NCBI GenBank assembly: GCA_049322215.1
Contig: JBMORU010000001.1
Coordinates: 388,023 to 452,022 of the forward strand
Direction of reading: 5' to 3'
DNA from: Patescibacteria group bacterium
Lineage (GTDB): Bacteria; Patescibacteriota; WWE3; UBA101185; UBA10185
Length of the DNA stretch: 64,000 bases
The notes below the pieces were generated by a model. It saw nothing but the letters and a program-made list of their open reading frames with translations, was not told the DNA's origin and did no database searches. The translations under genes and the position numbers were made by a program. Positions 37,426 to 48,466 of the stretch are shown in pieces (the first letter of the stretch is position 1; every line of letters starts with the position of its first letter).

Positions 37426-38100
37426 TTATGTGTTGCACTGCAATACATAACCAAATCCTCTAACAGTCTTAATGGTTTTTGTTTTATATGGTTTATCGAT
37501 TTTGTTTCTTAAATAACCAATGTAAACCTCAACTGTATTTGGCAAAACATTTGCATCGTAGCTCCATACGTGTTCAATTATTTGGTCTTTAGTAATTGTT
37601 TTTCCTTTATTTCTAATTAAATACTCTAATAGAGCATATTCCTTTTTAGAAAGATCAACTTTGTCTGTTCCTACTGTTGCAGTGTAATTTAGGGTATCCA
37701 GTTTTATACTACCGCATTCCAGAGTTACACTTTGTGTTTCACTGGGGCGTCTTAGTAGTGCCCTTATTCTTGCTAAAAGTTCCTCAAAAGAAAACGGTTT
37801 AACCAAATAGTCATCTGCACCACAGTTTAAACCTTTTACTTTGTCTTCAGTGGTGACTTTTGCTGTGAGCATTATTATTGGGGTTTTAACATTTTCTTCT
37901 CTTAGAATACTACAAACTTTTATACCATCAATTTTAGGAAGCATTAAATCTAGTACGATTACGTCATAAGGTTCGGTGCTTGCCATATCTAAACCAGTTT
38001 GACCATCAAATACTATATCTACAGAAAATGTTTCTTGTTCTAACCCCCTTTTTAAAGCTTTAGCTATTTTTATTTCGTCTTCAATTATTAACACACGCAT
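37426..38100 (-). CDS. OmpR-family response regulator
   Basis: Receiver MRVLIIEDE...DLMLP and a winged-helix C-terminal domain. Confidence 0.85.
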   Translation of the reverse strand: MRVLIIEDEIKIAKALKRGLEQETFSVDIVFDGQTGLDMASTEPYDVIVLDLMLPKIDGIKVCSILREENVKTPIIMLTAKVTTEDKVKGLNCGADDYLVKPFSFEELLARIRALLRRPSETQSVTLECGSIKLDTLNYTATVGTDKVDLSKKEYALLEYLIRNKGKTITKDQIIEHVWSYDANVLPNTVEVYIGYLRNKIDKPYKTKTIKTVRGFGYVLQCNT

Positions 38101-38141
38101 TTGTCCTATTATAGTAAAGTTTCTGAGAATTTGCTGAGGGC

Positions 38142-38741
38142 TTAAAATTTTTCTGTTCTATTTATATATTCTGATTCTACAAAACCTAATAAAAGCGCAA
38201 AAATGTAGTAGACTGGAGCACCAAAGATTAAAGCAGTAATAAAAGGAAAATTTTCTAAGATAATAATAATTTCCTCCTTAAAACCAATTAGTGGGGCTAT
38301 AGAAATTGCTAAAAGCGTCCAATACAAGCTATAGTTTTTTGCCATTTTAGTAGCAAAAGTAAGTATAGCCACATAAGCTATTATAATAGTTAAATTTGGT
38401 AAGATTTTATCAATTGGTATTTGTGCTGATTCGAAGTTTTTAGGGTAATATTTTTGAATTAAATTGAATTTTTCAAAGATTGTTGCAAATAAGCTAGCTA
38501 CAATTGTACTTAGTATAAAAAATGTTATTTCTTTCCCATTTATAAACTTCTTTTTTTTTAACTTCCTACTTGTGAATGAAATTAAATAGGCGAGTAACCA
38601 AAGAAAAACAAAAGACCAGTTACCTTTCATAATACTTTCCGTAGCAAACATGATTCCTACAATCATAAGCGAAATTATTAAAGCCCCATCTATTATTATG
38701 CTTAAGTTAGAATTATTTTGCTTCATTTCTTGTTTCATCAC
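38142..38741 (-). CDS. integral membrane protein of the ABC-transporter operon, hypothetical
   Basis: About 5 TM helices. Overlaps the upstream ATPase gene end. Confidence 0.45.
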   Translation of the reverse strand: MMKQEMKQNNSNLSIIIDGALIISLMIVGIMFATESIMKGNWSFVFLWLLAYLISFTSRKLKKKKFINGKEITFFILSTIVASLFATIFEKFNLIQKYYPKNFESAQIPIDKILPNLTIIIAYVAILTFATKMAKNYSLYWTLLAISIAPLIGFKEEIIIILENFPFITALIFGAPVYYIFALLLGFVESEYINRTEKF

Positions 38742-39399
38742 TTACTAATTTTCCATCTGCTAGTACTATATTACGATCAGCAATTTTTGCATATTCAGGT
38801 TCATGAGTTACCATTACTAAAGTAAGTCCTTCATTATTTAATTGTTGCAAGGCATCTAATACCACTTTTGAGGTTTGTGAATCTAGGTTTGCTGTGGGCT
38901 CATCTGCAAAAAGTATTTTTGGATTATTTACAATTGCACGTGCAATACTGACTCTTTGTTGTTCTCCGCCTGACATTTGGCTTGGTAGATTATTTATTCT
39001 TTCTTTAAGTCCCAACATACTTAAGGCTTCTTCTGCTTTTTCTTTGGCATCCTTCATGCCGCTGCCTTGCATTAGTAAAGGTAAAAGTACGTTTTCACTA
39101 GCTGTAAGTGTAGGAAGAAGGGCGTAGTCTTGAAAAATATACCCAAGATTTTTTAATCTGTACAAAGTTCTTTCGCTTTTTTGCAAATGAGTTACCTCAA
39201 TGCCTGCTATAAAAACTTTTCCTTCTGTTGGATGGTCTAATAAGCCTAATTGATGCAGTAGTGTGCTTTTTCCAGATCCTGACATTCCTGTTATGGCAAC
39301 AAATTCCCCTTCTTGTATTTCCAGTGTTACATTGTTTAAGGCTGTTAAGCTTCTTGGCCCAATTTTGTATATGCGTGTTAAGTTAGTTGCTTTTACCAT
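38713..39399 (-). CDS. ABC transporter ATP-binding protein (MacB/LolD-type)
   Basis: GMSGSGKSTLL, LSGGEQQRVSIARA, ILFADEPT. Confidence 0.85.
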   Translation of the reverse strand: MVKATNLTRIYKIGPRSLTALNNVTLEIQEGEFVAITGMSGSGKSTLLHQLGLLDHPTEGKVFIAGIEVTHLQKSERTLYRLKNLGYIFQDYALLPTLTASENVLLPLLMQGSGMKDAKEKAEEALSMLGLKERINNLPSQMSGGEQQRVSIARAIVNNPKILFADEPTANLDSQTSKVVLDALQQLNNEGLTLVMVTHEPEYAKIADRNIVLADGKLVSDETRNEAK

Positions 39400-39402
39400 G
39401 TG

Positions 39403-40653
39403 TCATCTTCCCAAAATTGCATCTAATGTATTTTGACTTACTATGTACCGTGCAGGCAAGTAGCCTGCTACTATAGTTGCAATAAATAACGTAATAGTTC
39501 TATTTATGGTTTCGCTATATTCTGCTACTAGTATTCCGTCAGAAAACGGAAAATCTATTGGATTTGCATTAAAGTATGGAACAAGAAATCCATACAAAAT
39601 AATTAAACCGATTGCAGAACCTACTGTTGCATAAAATAAAGACTGAAACACATACGAAATTTCGATTGCTAGCGATGAAATGCCTATTCCTTTAAGAATG
39701 CCAATAAACTTTCGTTTTGTTACAGCTGTTACAAAAATTACTATAAATATTGTAATTGATGCCACAATCAACCCAATTGTCCCAATAACATCACCTAAAA
39801 TTGCGAATGTGGTGACTATATCTTCTACAAAACTAGGTTGATACTCGCTGGGTGTTTCAATTTTTGCAAAGGCACCTACTCCTTTATTTAGGAGTGCTAT
39901 TTTTGTTTGATTGTGTTCGTTTTTTCCTTCGAGACGCAGTACAATTTCTGCTGGTTTAAAATCTTCGTTGCTAACAAACTCTTTAAATAAAGTTTGTGAC
40001 ATTAAAACTCTACTATCTATTTCTCCAACTTTAGCGTTCGCAAAACCAATTACTTTTACTTTCTTAGTAATATTGTTAATCGTAATTTCAACCTCATCAC
40101 CTATATCTACTGTATCTAATGTTGCAGAACTGTCTGATCCGGGGCTTGCAAACTTGCTTACTAAGTCTATGCCAAGTACTATTTCGTTAGTAGAGTCGGA
40201 TTTAAATAATTCACCTTCTCTTATATGGGCGTTTAAATTGATTGTTGTTATTTCTTTAGAGGGATTAATTCCTAACGCTGTTGCAGATATAGAGTCTAGT
40301 TTTTCATCAGACTTTACTCGTTCATTAAAGTTTCCAACCACAACTGATCTCACGGCATATCTTGACGTATAACTTTTCACGTTATTTAGTGTGCTAATTG
40401 CCTCAAGGACTTCACTGTCCTTTTCTATATACTTTTTTGTGCTGAGAGTAGAGATATAAATATCACCGTAGTAGTTTCTTTCATTAGCATTTATAGCGCC
40501 TTGAGGTAATCCAATTAGTATTCCACGAACAAATAAGAGATTTAGAAATGTCAAAACCATTATGAAAATTACGAGTAAATTAGTCAAAATGCTGGACCTT
40601 GTTATTCTTTTGTAAGCAAGAAAATATCCTACTCTTATTGTTGTGAGTTTCAC
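39403..40653 (-). CDS. ABC transporter permease, FtsX/MacB-like
   Basis: N-terminal TM, large periplasmic domain, and a C-terminal 3-TM FtsX-like bundle. Confidence 0.7.
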   Translation of the reverse strand: MKLTTIRVGYFLAYKRITRSSILTNLLVIFIMVLTFLNLLFVRGILIGLPQGAINANERNYYGDIYISTLSTKKYIEKDSEVLEAISTLNNVKSYTSRYAVRSVVVGNFNERVKSDEKLDSISATALGINPSKEITTINLNAHIREGELFKSDSTNEIVLGIDLVSKFASPGSDSSATLDTVDIGDEVEITINNITKKVKVIGFANAKVGEIDSRVLMSQTLFKEFVSNEDFKPAEIVLRLEGKNEHNQTKIALLNKGVGAFAKIETPSEYQPSFVEDIVTTFAILGDVIGTIGLIVASITIFIVIFVTAVTKRKFIGILKGIGISSLAIEISYVFQSLFYATVGSAIGLIILYGFLVPYFNANPIDFPFSDGILVAEYSETINRTITLFIATIVAGYLPARYIVSQNTLDAILGR

Positions 40654-40675
40654 ACCGTAAATTATAACTCAATAA

Positions 40676-40924
40676 TTAGTTTTTTGGTCTTGCTTCAGAT
40701 ACTCTGATACTTCTACCGTCTATTTCTGTTCCATCCATTTCGGATATAGCTTGATCTGCTTGTGCATCATCTTCTAGTTCAACAAAGCCAAAGCCTTTGC
40801 TTCTGCCTGTATTTCTATCAGTAATAACACTTGCGGATACAACTGTACCGTAGTTAGAGAATAGTGATTTAAGACTATCATCAGTAGTACTGTAAGGTAA
40901 GTTACCTATATAAAGTTTTTTCAT
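40676..40924 (-). CDS. RNA-binding protein, RRM domain
   Basis: RNP-2 LYIGNL and RNP-1 KGFGFVE. Confidence 0.8.
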   Translation of the reverse strand: MKKLYIGNLPYSTTDDSLKSLFSNYGTVVSASVITDRNTGRSKGFGFVELEDDAQADQAISEMDGTEIDGRSIRVSEARPKN

Positions 40925-41017
40925 TTTTTTACACCTCCTAAATTAATGTAAGTTAGTACGGTTACTCATTCTAATTTAGAAAGCGTAACATGCGGTATTT
41001 TAGCATAACCACAGAAT

Positions 41018-42556
41018 TTATCTATCAATCAAACTTCTTCCTGTCATATCTTGTGGTTTTTCAAGCCCCATTAAGTCTAATACTGTGGGAGCTACATCAG
41101 CCAATTTACCTCTTGGATATAACCAATATTTCTCTTCAGATATTACAACTAAATTAACAGGTTGGGTAGTATGTGCTGTGTGCGGTTCTTTAGTTTTTTC
41201 GTTAATCATTACTTCACAGTTACCGTGATCTGCTGTAACCAATGCTACACCACCTTTAGCTAGTATTGCACTAACTAATTTTTCTACACATTCGTCTGTT
41301 GTTTCTACGGCTTTAATACCTGCTTCTAAAACTCCAGTGTGTCCAACCATATCGGGGTTTGCATAGTTGACCAAAACAAAACTATAGTCATTTTCTTTAA
41401 TTGCTTTTTCGACTTTTTCTGTAACTTCGTATGCACTCATTTCTGGCTGTAAATCGTAGGTAGCTACTTTTGGTGAATTTACCAATATTCTATCTTCGCC
41501 TTCAAAAGGTGTTTCACGACCGCCATTAAAAAAATATGTAACATGCGGATATTTTTCTGTTTCTGCAGAGTGCAATTGCTTCAAACCGTTTTTGCTTATT
41601 ACTTCTGCTAATGGATTTTTTACTATTTCATATGGAAAAACTATATCGGAGACGTTTAGTCCTTCGTCGTATTCGGTCATAATTACTACATTTAGTTTAT
41701 TTCCAATGTAGTTACGTTTAAATCCACTAAAGTTAGGATCGGTTAAAGCATATACTATTTGACGCATTCTATCTGCTCTAAAATTGAAGAATAAAACTCC
41801 ATCGCCTTCGTCAAAAGTAACTTTTGATTTATTCTCGATTAATGCTGGAAGTATAAATTCATCTGTTATGTCGTTGGCGTGTGAAGCTTTTACTGCATCA
41901 ACTGCTGAAGGAGCTTTTAACTCACAATCTCTTTCGAAAATAGCTTTGTATGCTTTTTCAGTTCTTTCCCATCGTTTATCTCTATCCATAGCAAAATATC
42001 TTCCGCTCACTGTGGCAATTGCTCCACTTCCTAGTGCATTTAGTTTGTCTTGCAGTTTTTTTAAAAATCCTTCGGCACTGTAGGGTGACGCATCTCTTCC
42101 ATCTGTTAGTGCGTGAACAACTACTTGAATATTATTGGCTGTGGCAATGTCTAAAAGTGCAAATAAATGATTTATGTGGCTGTGAACACCCCCATTGCTT
42201 ACAAGACCAATTAAATGCAGTTTTTTATGGGAGCTTTTTAATTTTGAAAATAAATTTGTAAGTGCTGGGTTGTTTTTTAGCGTATCTTTTTCTATGGCCA
42301 TATTAATTTTAGTTATATCTTGATAAACAACTCTTCCACCGCCCAAATTTAAGTGCCCTACTTCTGAGTTTCCCATTTGGTCTTGAGGTAAGCCTACAGC
42401 GGTTCCAGAGGCATCAAGTACCGCCCGTTCATACGTTTTCAACCAATGTGAGAAGTTAGGTGTTTTGGCCTGTGCAATGGCATTGCCGTGTTTTCTAGCT
42501 CTTAAGCCCCAACCATCTAAAATAAACAATCCTACAAGACGCGTTTTTTTGTTCAC
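41018..42556 (-). CDS. gpmI: 2,3-bisphosphoglycerate-independent phosphoglycerate mutase
   Basis: iPGM N-terminus [12 protein letters not shown]. 512 aa. Confidence 0.85.
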   Translation of the reverse strand: MNKKTRLVGLFILDGWGLRARKHGNAIAQAKTPNFSHWLKTYERAVLDASGTAVGLPQDQMGNSEVGHLNLGGGRVVYQDITKINMAIEKDTLKNNPALTNLFSKLKSSHKKLHLIGLVSNGGVHSHINHLFALLDIATANNIQVVVHALTDGRDASPYSAEGFLKKLQDKLNALGSGAIATVSGRYFAMDRDKRWERTEKAYKAIFERDCELKAPSAVDAVKASHANDITDEFILPALIENKSKVTFDEGDGVLFFNFRADRMRQIVYALTDPNFSGFKRNYIGNKLNVVIMTEYDEGLNVSDIVFPYEIVKNPLAEVISKNGLKQLHSAETEKYPHVTYFFNGGRETPFEGEDRILVNSPKVATYDLQPEMSAYEVTEKVEKAIKENDYSFVLVNYANPDMVGHTGVLEAGIKAVETTDECVEKLVSAILAKGGVALVTADHGNCEVMINEKTKEPHTAHTTQPVNLVVISEEKYWLYPRGKLADVAPTVLDLMGLEKPQDMTGRSLIDR

Positions 42557-43860
42557 TTGTTAGCTCCAAATTGCGTAAATGGATTTTTGTATGTTGCTTC
42601 GGTGCCAAGCTCGTGTTCTATTTGTATTAGCCTGTTATATTTGCTGACTCTATCACTTCTACAGGGAGCGCCCGTTTTTATTTGTCCCGTTCCTGATGCT
42701 ACCACTAAGTCTGCAATATAAGAGTCTTCTGTTTCTCCTGACCTGTGGGATATAATAGCCGTCATTTTATTTTTTATTGCAAGGTCTATTGTTTCAACTG
42801 TTTCGGTTAAAGTTCCTATTTGATTTACTTTTACTAGTATTGAGTTTGCAGCTTTCAGGTCTATTCCTTTTTGCAAAAACTTTTTGTTAGTTACAAATAA
42901 ATCATCTCCTACAATTTGCAGTTTATTTTCTAACTTTTGCATCATGAGTTTAAAACCGTCCCAGTCATTTTCTGCCAAGCCATCTTCTATAGAAACAATT
43001 GGATATTTATTTATCCAATCCTCGTATAAGTTCACCATTTGTTCTGAATTTAAAGATTTTCCTTCTGTTTTTAATTCATACTTATCATTTGTATAAACTT
43101 CTGAGGCAGCTGGGTCTAGCGCCAATGAAATTTGTTCGCCTGGTATATAGCCTGCTTTTGAAATTGCTTCTACAAGCATGTCTAATGCTTCTTCATGAGA
43201 TTTAAGCTTTGGCATAAATCCACCTTCGTCTCCAACACCTACTGGTAAATTTTTTTCGAGGAGGATTTTTTTAAGCTTGTGATAAACTTCTGAACCCCAC
43301 CGTATGGCTTCTGCAATGTTTGTTGCGCCGATTGGCATTATCATAAACTCTTGTAAGTCTATTGAGCCAATAGCATGTTTACCTCCGTTTAAAACATTCA
43401 TCATTGGGGTAGGTAATAGCCATTCCTTGTTTTGAGGCCAGTAAAGATTTCGTAAGTATTTGTATAGCGGAATATTTTTTGAGTTTGCAGCTGCTCTGCT
43501 TATAGCAAGAGAAACCGATAAAATAGCATTAGCGCCTAAGTTAGATTTATTTTCAGTACCGTCAACTTCTATCATGGCATAATCTAATGTTTTTTGATCA
43601 AAAGGATTTTGTGTTTTTAAACCTTCTGCAATTTTTAAATTTACATTTCTAACTGCGTTTAAAACACCTTTTCCATTGTATCTTTTACTATCATTGTCTC
43701 TTAATTCTAAAGCCTCATTTGTACCGGTTGAGGCTCCTGATGGTACTAAGGATTCGCCTTTGCTACCGTCAGATAAGTGCACTGTAGTTAAAATTGTTGG
43801 ATTTCCTCTAGAATCTAAAACTTCTATAGCTTTTATTTTTTCAATAGTGACATTGGGCAT
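42553..43860 (-). CDS. eno: enolase
   Basis: [18 protein letters not shown]-terminus. 435 aa. Confidence 0.9.
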   Translation of the reverse strand: MPNVTIEKIKAIEVLDSRGNPTILTTVHLSDGSKGESLVPSGASTGTNEALELRDNDSKRYNGKGVLNAVRNVNLKIAEGLKTQNPFDQKTLDYAMIEVDGTENKSNLGANAILSVSLAISRAAANSKNIPLYKYLRNLYWPQNKEWLLPTPMMNVLNGGKHAIGSIDLQEFMIMPIGATNIAEAIRWGSEVYHKLKKILLEKNLPVGVGDEGGFMPKLKSHEEALDMLVEAISKAGYIPGEQISLALDPAASEVYTNDKYELKTEGKSLNSEQMVNLYEDWINKYPIVSIEDGLAENDWDGFKLMMQKLENKLQIVGDDLFVTNKKFLQKGIDLKAANSILVKVNQIGTLTETVETIDLAIKNKMTAIISHRSGETEDSYIADLVVASGTGQIKTGAPCRSDRVSKYNRLIQIEHELGTEATYKNPFTQFGANK

Positions 43861-43947
43861 ACACCAAGTATATTTCAGTTGAGATGCCTTGGCAATTTAT
43901 GCAAATATTTGCTATTCGCGCATGTTATTATATAGATCATCATCAAT

Positions 43948-44295
43948 ATGAATGAGCAACATTTGTTTCAACAATTGCATAACTTTTTTACTAACGTATC
44001 ACAAAATAATGATGCGGGACTTGAAAAGTACTTGCAAAAATTTATTCCTAGCGATTTAGAGCCCAAGGATGAGTGTTGTTTAAAATATTGTGAAAGACCC
44101 AATGGAAGATATTGTCATACGTGCCCTAACCACCCCTTGAGGTCATCTAACATTAACTTTTTACATCCAAAGTACGTTGAGGCAAGTGAGCTCATAAACA
44201 AAAAAGACTATGTAATGTACATAATGTTTTTGTATGTAAATAATTTACCGTATCCTCGAGTGAGCGAACTTTACGAAGTTATTTTAAGTAGTTAG
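43948..44295 (+). CDS. hypothetical Cys-rich small protein (uncertain)
   Basis: ORF in the eno/SulP intergenic gap with a CC..YC...C..C..H cluster. No SD. Overlaps the SulP 3' end by 17 nt. Confidence 0.25.
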   Translation: MNEQHLFQQLHNFFTNVSQNNDAGLEKYLQKFIPSDLEPKDECCLKYCERPNGRYCHTCPNHPLRSSNINFLHPKYVEASELINKKDYVMYIMFLYVNNLPYPRVSELYEVILSS

Positions 44296-46075
44296 TTAGT
44301 TTTTCGTAATAGTAGGCAGTTCTATTTCGACTTATTTTTTTTGCGGTCATAGATTCAACATCTACTTTAGTGTAATGTTCCAAAGGGCAATGTTCTTTAT
44401 CTGTATGAAGATGTAATTTCTCAAGATTACTAGTTATATGCCCTAAAGCCTGACTAGTTGTAGCATAAAAATTTTTTCCGCCAACTTTGTTATAAAAGCC
44501 ACTTTCTTTTATAGTTGCAAGCACTGGATTTTTTAAAGCAGAAAAGTAAATTCGCTTTTTTGCTTGCTTCAAATGATTTACAAGTTCTTCTAGCAAATCT
44601 TCACCAGTTGCATCAATTTCGTTTATTCCTGTTCCTACAAATAAAATGTCTGTTATTTTTTTATGTGACTCTAAATATCTAGTTACTTCATCTTCAAAAA
44701 ACTGGGCGTTTGCAAAAAACAACGGTGCATCTAATCTTACAACTGCAATATTTTCGCACACATCTAAATGAAAAGCCTCAGCATTATGTAAATGTTTGTC
44801 TTTATACAATGATAAAAAAGCTACCTTTGGTTTAGTGTTTTTATAAAAAAAGTATCCTACAGAAAAGAAAACTCCTATTATTACACCTTTTTCAAGCTCA
44901 GGGGCAAAATATAAAGTAGTTATAAAAGTAATTATTGCAGCCCAGGCATCGTATCGATTTATGTGCCACATGACTACAATTTTTTTGAAGTCAAACAAAC
45001 CCACTATAGAAATTAAAATCACTGCGGAAAGCGCAACTTTTGGCAAGTAGTAAATTAAGTCAGTAAAAAAAACAATTGATACCAAAACAGTCAAACTAGT
45101 AAATAAACTCGATAGCCATGACTTAGCACCCGCATCAAAGTTAATGGCAGTTCTTGAAAGTGATCCTGACGTTGGATAGCTATTACCCAAAGCGCCAATT
45201 ATATTTGCTAGTCCTTGCCCTACTAATTCTTTATTTGGGTTAAATTTTTGCTTTGTTTTTAAGGCAATGACTTCTGCTACTGAAATTGCTTCTGTAAAGC
45301 CAATTAGCGCCATAATTGCAGCAGATTCTACTAATGTTTCTAGTACCTTTGCGTTAACCTCAACTTTTGATAAGGGGGTGAAGCCAGAAGGTATTTGTCC
45401 AACAATAGGTGTTTGGTACCTGGTTACCCAAGTAAAAAGTGTACTTAATATTAGCGCTATCAATACATATGGAACTTTTTTGTCTATTTTTCGTAGCATA
45501 TACATGAAACCAAAAATAGCTATGCCGAAATATAGAGTATTAAAATTTGTACCTTGCTGAGCTTTATTAATGACCTCTATAACAGTTTTATATAGACGAT
45601 CTTGATTTTGTACAGTGATTCCAAAAAAAGCTGAGAGTTGCGTGGCGACTATTACCAAGGCGGCGGCGTTAGTGAATCCGTAAATTACTGGGTGAGACAA
45701 AAAATTAGAGAAATACCCAAGTTTGAAAACTCCTGTTATAAGTAAAATTACGCCCATTACAAATGCTAATAGAACAGCATATGTAATGTATTCTTGTGTT
45801 CCCGGTGCTGCTAAGGGGGTTATTGCCGCGAGGGTCATTATAGACATTAATGCTGCGGGTCCTGTAGCTAATTGGGGGCATGATCCAAATAAAGCAGCTA
45901 TAACAGGGGGAAGTAATGCGGCATAAAGACCGTATTGCGGAGGAAGTCCTGCTAATGTTGCATGGGCAAGCGACTGCGGGACAAGTAACAAAGCTACTGT
46001 TATTCCCGCAATCAAATCGTTTTTTACAAAAAATGTATCTATTTTGAATTTTTTAGCTAAAGTACCTTTTCTCAT
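44279..46075 (-). CDS. SulP-family anion transporter with C-terminal STAS domain
   Basis: SulP TM core and a STAS-like C-terminus. 598 aa. Confidence 0.8.
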   Translation of the reverse strand: MRKGTLAKKFKIDTFFVKNDLIAGITVALLLVPQSLAHATLAGLPPQYGLYAALLPPVIAALFGSCPQLATGPAALMSIMTLAAITPLAAPGTQEYITYAVLLAFVMGVILLITGVFKLGYFSNFLSHPVIYGFTNAAALVIVATQLSAFFGITVQNQDRLYKTVIEVINKAQQGTNFNTLYFGIAIFGFMYMLRKIDKKVPYVLIALILSTLFTWVTRYQTPIVGQIPSGFTPLSKVEVNAKVLETLVESAAIMALIGFTEAISVAEVIALKTKQKFNPNKELVGQGLANIIGALGNSYPTSGSLSRTAINFDAGAKSWLSSLFTSLTVLVSIVFFTDLIYYLPKVALSAVILISIVGLFDFKKIVVMWHINRYDAWAAIITFITTLYFAPELEKGVIIGVFFSVGYFFYKNTKPKVAFLSLYKDKHLHNAEAFHLDVCENIAVVRLDAPLFFANAQFFEDEVTRYLESHKKITDILFVGTGINEIDATGEDLLEELVNHLKQAKKRIYFSALKNPVLATIKESGFYNKVGGKNFYATTSQALGHITSNLEKLHLHTDKEHCPLEHYTKVDVESMTAKKISRNRTAYYYEKLTNYLK

Positions 46076-46093
46076 GTTTAATGTGTTTAATTT

Positions 46094-46864
46094 TTAGGCT
46101 CTTGCTAAAGCATGTACTGTTGGGGGTAATTTTCCTGTTACGGAGCCTGTTTCTAGCATATCAATTGCTTGTTGCAGTCTTTGTTGTATTTCAACAGCAC
46201 TTAATTCTTTAAATGCTGCTATATTTTTTGCAAAGTCAGTTTCTAACCGCAGCGCTAATCTTTTAAGTCTCGCAAGCACCATATCACGAGACATTTCGTT
46301 TTGTTCCTGTTCTCCATTATTGTAACTGCTTTCATTAGAGTAACTTAAATAAGATTCGTTAAAGTGGGTGTAGTCAGTTAAAACTTCTGCAAAGTCATGT
46401 GTGCTTTCTGCAAAAGCCGCGCTTAGTTTTGACACTGACTGTTCTTCATTACCCATGCTTGCTAAAACTTCAATACTTTCTAATTTTCGCATATTGGTAT
46501 CAAATTCTTCTAATGCCTCAGTTCCCATTTCTTGGTTGACCCTTTTTCTAGTTGATTCGTAGTTGTACATTTGTCCGCTAAAAACGTCTAACCTTATTGC
46601 TTCTATCTTATCTTCTTTACTAATTTCATCCCCATAGCGCTCAGTATAAAAATCGTAAGCACTTTGAAGCATTTCCTTTGATATTCCTTCTTTATCAAGC
46701 TCATACTGTTCATTGATTTCGTTGTAGAATGCAGAAAACTCAGGGTCAGAGTCAGTTTCATTATTAGGTACAAGGGGTTCGTTTGTTAATGTTTCTTTTG
46801 TATCTGGTTGATTACTTGTTAAGGGTAACTCACTTAAATGTTCTTCATTTTCAGTAATATCCAT
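46094..46864 (-). CDS. hypothetical acidic protein
   Basis: ORF only. E/D/S/N-rich. Confidence 0.4.
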   Translation of the reverse strand: MDITENEEHLSELPLTSNQPDTKETLTNEPLVPNNETDSDPEFSAFYNEINEQYELDKEGISKEMLQSAYDFYTERYGDEISKEDKIEAIRLDVFSGQMYNYESTRKRVNQEMGTEALEEFDTNMRKLESIEVLASMGNEEQSVSKLSAAFAESTHDFAEVLTDYTHFNESYLSYSNESSYNNGEQEQNEMSRDMVLARLKRLALRLETDFAKNIAAFKELSAVEIQQRLQQAIDMLETGSVTGKLPPTVHALARA

Positions 46865-46885
46865 GGAAAAATCATATAGGCTGTG

Positions 46886-47128
46886 TTATGCGTTTGCAAG
46901 CTTAATCTTTTGCTGTCTACTTAATTTCTTAATTTTGTATTCTTCTTTCATAGCTTCTCTTTTTGTATCAAACTTTTTTATGAAAATTAGTTTCACGGGT
47001 AATCTTGGTTTAGTATACTTAGCGCCTTTGCCTTTGTTGTGTATTTCTACACGCATGTAGGGATTTGTAGAATATCCTGTATATAAGGTTGTGTCTTTAC
47101 ATTCAACTATGTAAACGTAGTGTGCCAT
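46886..47128 (-). CDS. GIY-YIG nuclease-family small protein
   Basis: YVYIVEC...LYTGYS (GIY-YIG). Confidence 0.7.
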   Translation of the reverse strand: MAHYVYIVECKDTTLYTGYSTNPYMRVEIHNKGKGAKYTKPRLPVKLIFIKKFDTKREAMKEEYKIKKLSRQQKIKLANA

Positions 47129-47203
47129 ATTTACTTATTTTACATGCTCACAAATTTTAGTATTTAATTTATGTACTAAGCAAACCTATAGAAGTGTGTT
47201 ACA

Positions 47204-48466
47204 ATGGTTAACGCTCTTTGGAAAAAGTATATGAAAGAAAGAAATACAAGAAAAACAGGGAATTCGAAATATTCTCATAATAGTAAATACAGAACTTCTA
47301 ATAATAAGAAGCAAAAATCGTATGGAAAAGGAAACCGCTTTAAAGAAAAAATAGCGCATCACAAATATATTTCAAAAGTAACCTCTTCACAGCCTGAACC
47401 AAACTATGTACCTTCTAAAAATTTTTACGATTTTGGTTTTGATTCTAAGTTAGAACAAAATATTTTAAACCGTGGTTACATTAATCCAACAAAAATACAA
47501 GATCAAACTATTCCACATATTTTAAAAGGCAAAGATGTTTTAGGTATTGGAAGTACTGGTTCGGGAAAAACTGGTGCGTTTTTAATTCCAACTATAAATA
47601 GTGCCCTTAAAGATAAAAAAATGCGCACTTTAATTTTGAGCCCTACCCGAGAACTTGCTAGTCAAATTTATGCAGAGTTTCGTGAATTTGCACAGGACAC
47701 CCCGTTACGTATGGTATTGATAATTGGTGGGGCAAGTATACGAGACCAGGTTCGTTTATTAAAAAATAGACCTGCATTTGTAGTAGCTACACCCGGTCGT
47801 TTAATGGATATAGAAGAAAGAAACAGCATAAACCTTAGTGATTTTAACTGTGTGATTTTAGATGAGGTAGACCAAATGTTAGCAATGGGTTTTGTAGAAG
47901 ATATAAGGGGTATTATTGCCAAACTACCCGCAAAAAAACAAGCCTTGTTTTTTTCAGCAACCATGGGTGTAAAAGAAGAAGCTATTGCGAATAGTTTATT
48001 AAATACTCCAGTAAAAGTTGAAACATATAGGCAGTCTCCATTAAAAACAATTGATCAGGATGTTGTTAAAGTAAAAAACAAAGAGCATAAAATCACCGTT
48101 TTGTATGAACTTTTACAAAAAAGTGAATTTCATAAAGTATTAGTATTTTCGGGAACAAAAGTTGGTGCTGACATGATTTCAGATAAATTACGAAAAAGAG
48201 GTGTAAAAATAGATTCTTTACATGGGGATAAATCACAACACAAAAGGTCTAGAGTTTTGTCTAAGTTTAGACAAGATAAAATAGATGTTTTAGTAGCTAC
48301 TGATGTTGCCGCCCGTGGAATTGATATTCCCGATATTTCACATGTTATAAACTTTGATGAGCCCGCAAGTTATAACGATTATATTCATCGTATAGGTCGT
48401 ACTGGAAGAATAGGTAAAAAAGGTGTTGCTTTAACTTTTGTTTACGATAACTCTAATCGTAGCTAA
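47204..48466 (+). CDS. DEAD-box ATP-dependent RNA helicase with a basic N-terminal extension
   Basis: GSTGSGKT (motif I), DEVD (motif II), SAT, and HRIGRTGR (motif VI). The true start may be the in-frame ATG at 47231. Confidence 0.85.
   Translation: MVNALWKKYMKERNTRKTGNSKYSHNSKYRTSNNKKQKSYGKGNRFKEKIAHHKYISKVTSSQPEPNYVPSKNFYDFGFDSKLEQNILNRGYINPTKIQDQTIPHILKGKDVLGIGSTGSGKTGAFLIPTINSALKDKKMRTLILSPTRELASQIYAEFREFAQDTPLRMVLIIGGASIRDQVRLLKNRPAFVVATPGRLMDIEERNSINLSDFNCVILDEVDQMLAMGFVEDIRGIIAKLPAKKQALFFSATMGVKEEAIANSLLNTPVKVETYRQSPLKTIDQDVVKVKNKEHKITVLYELLQKSEFHKVLVFSGTKVGADMISDKLRKRGVKIDSLHGDKSQHKRSRVLSKFRQDKIDVLVATDVAARGIDIPDISHVINFDEPASYNDYIHRIGRTGRIGKKGVALTFVYDNSNRS

Noticed and set aside
47860-47875. 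DEVD instead of DEAD in helicase motif II
   Set aside because: It is within normal DExD-box variation and does not indicate a pseudogene.
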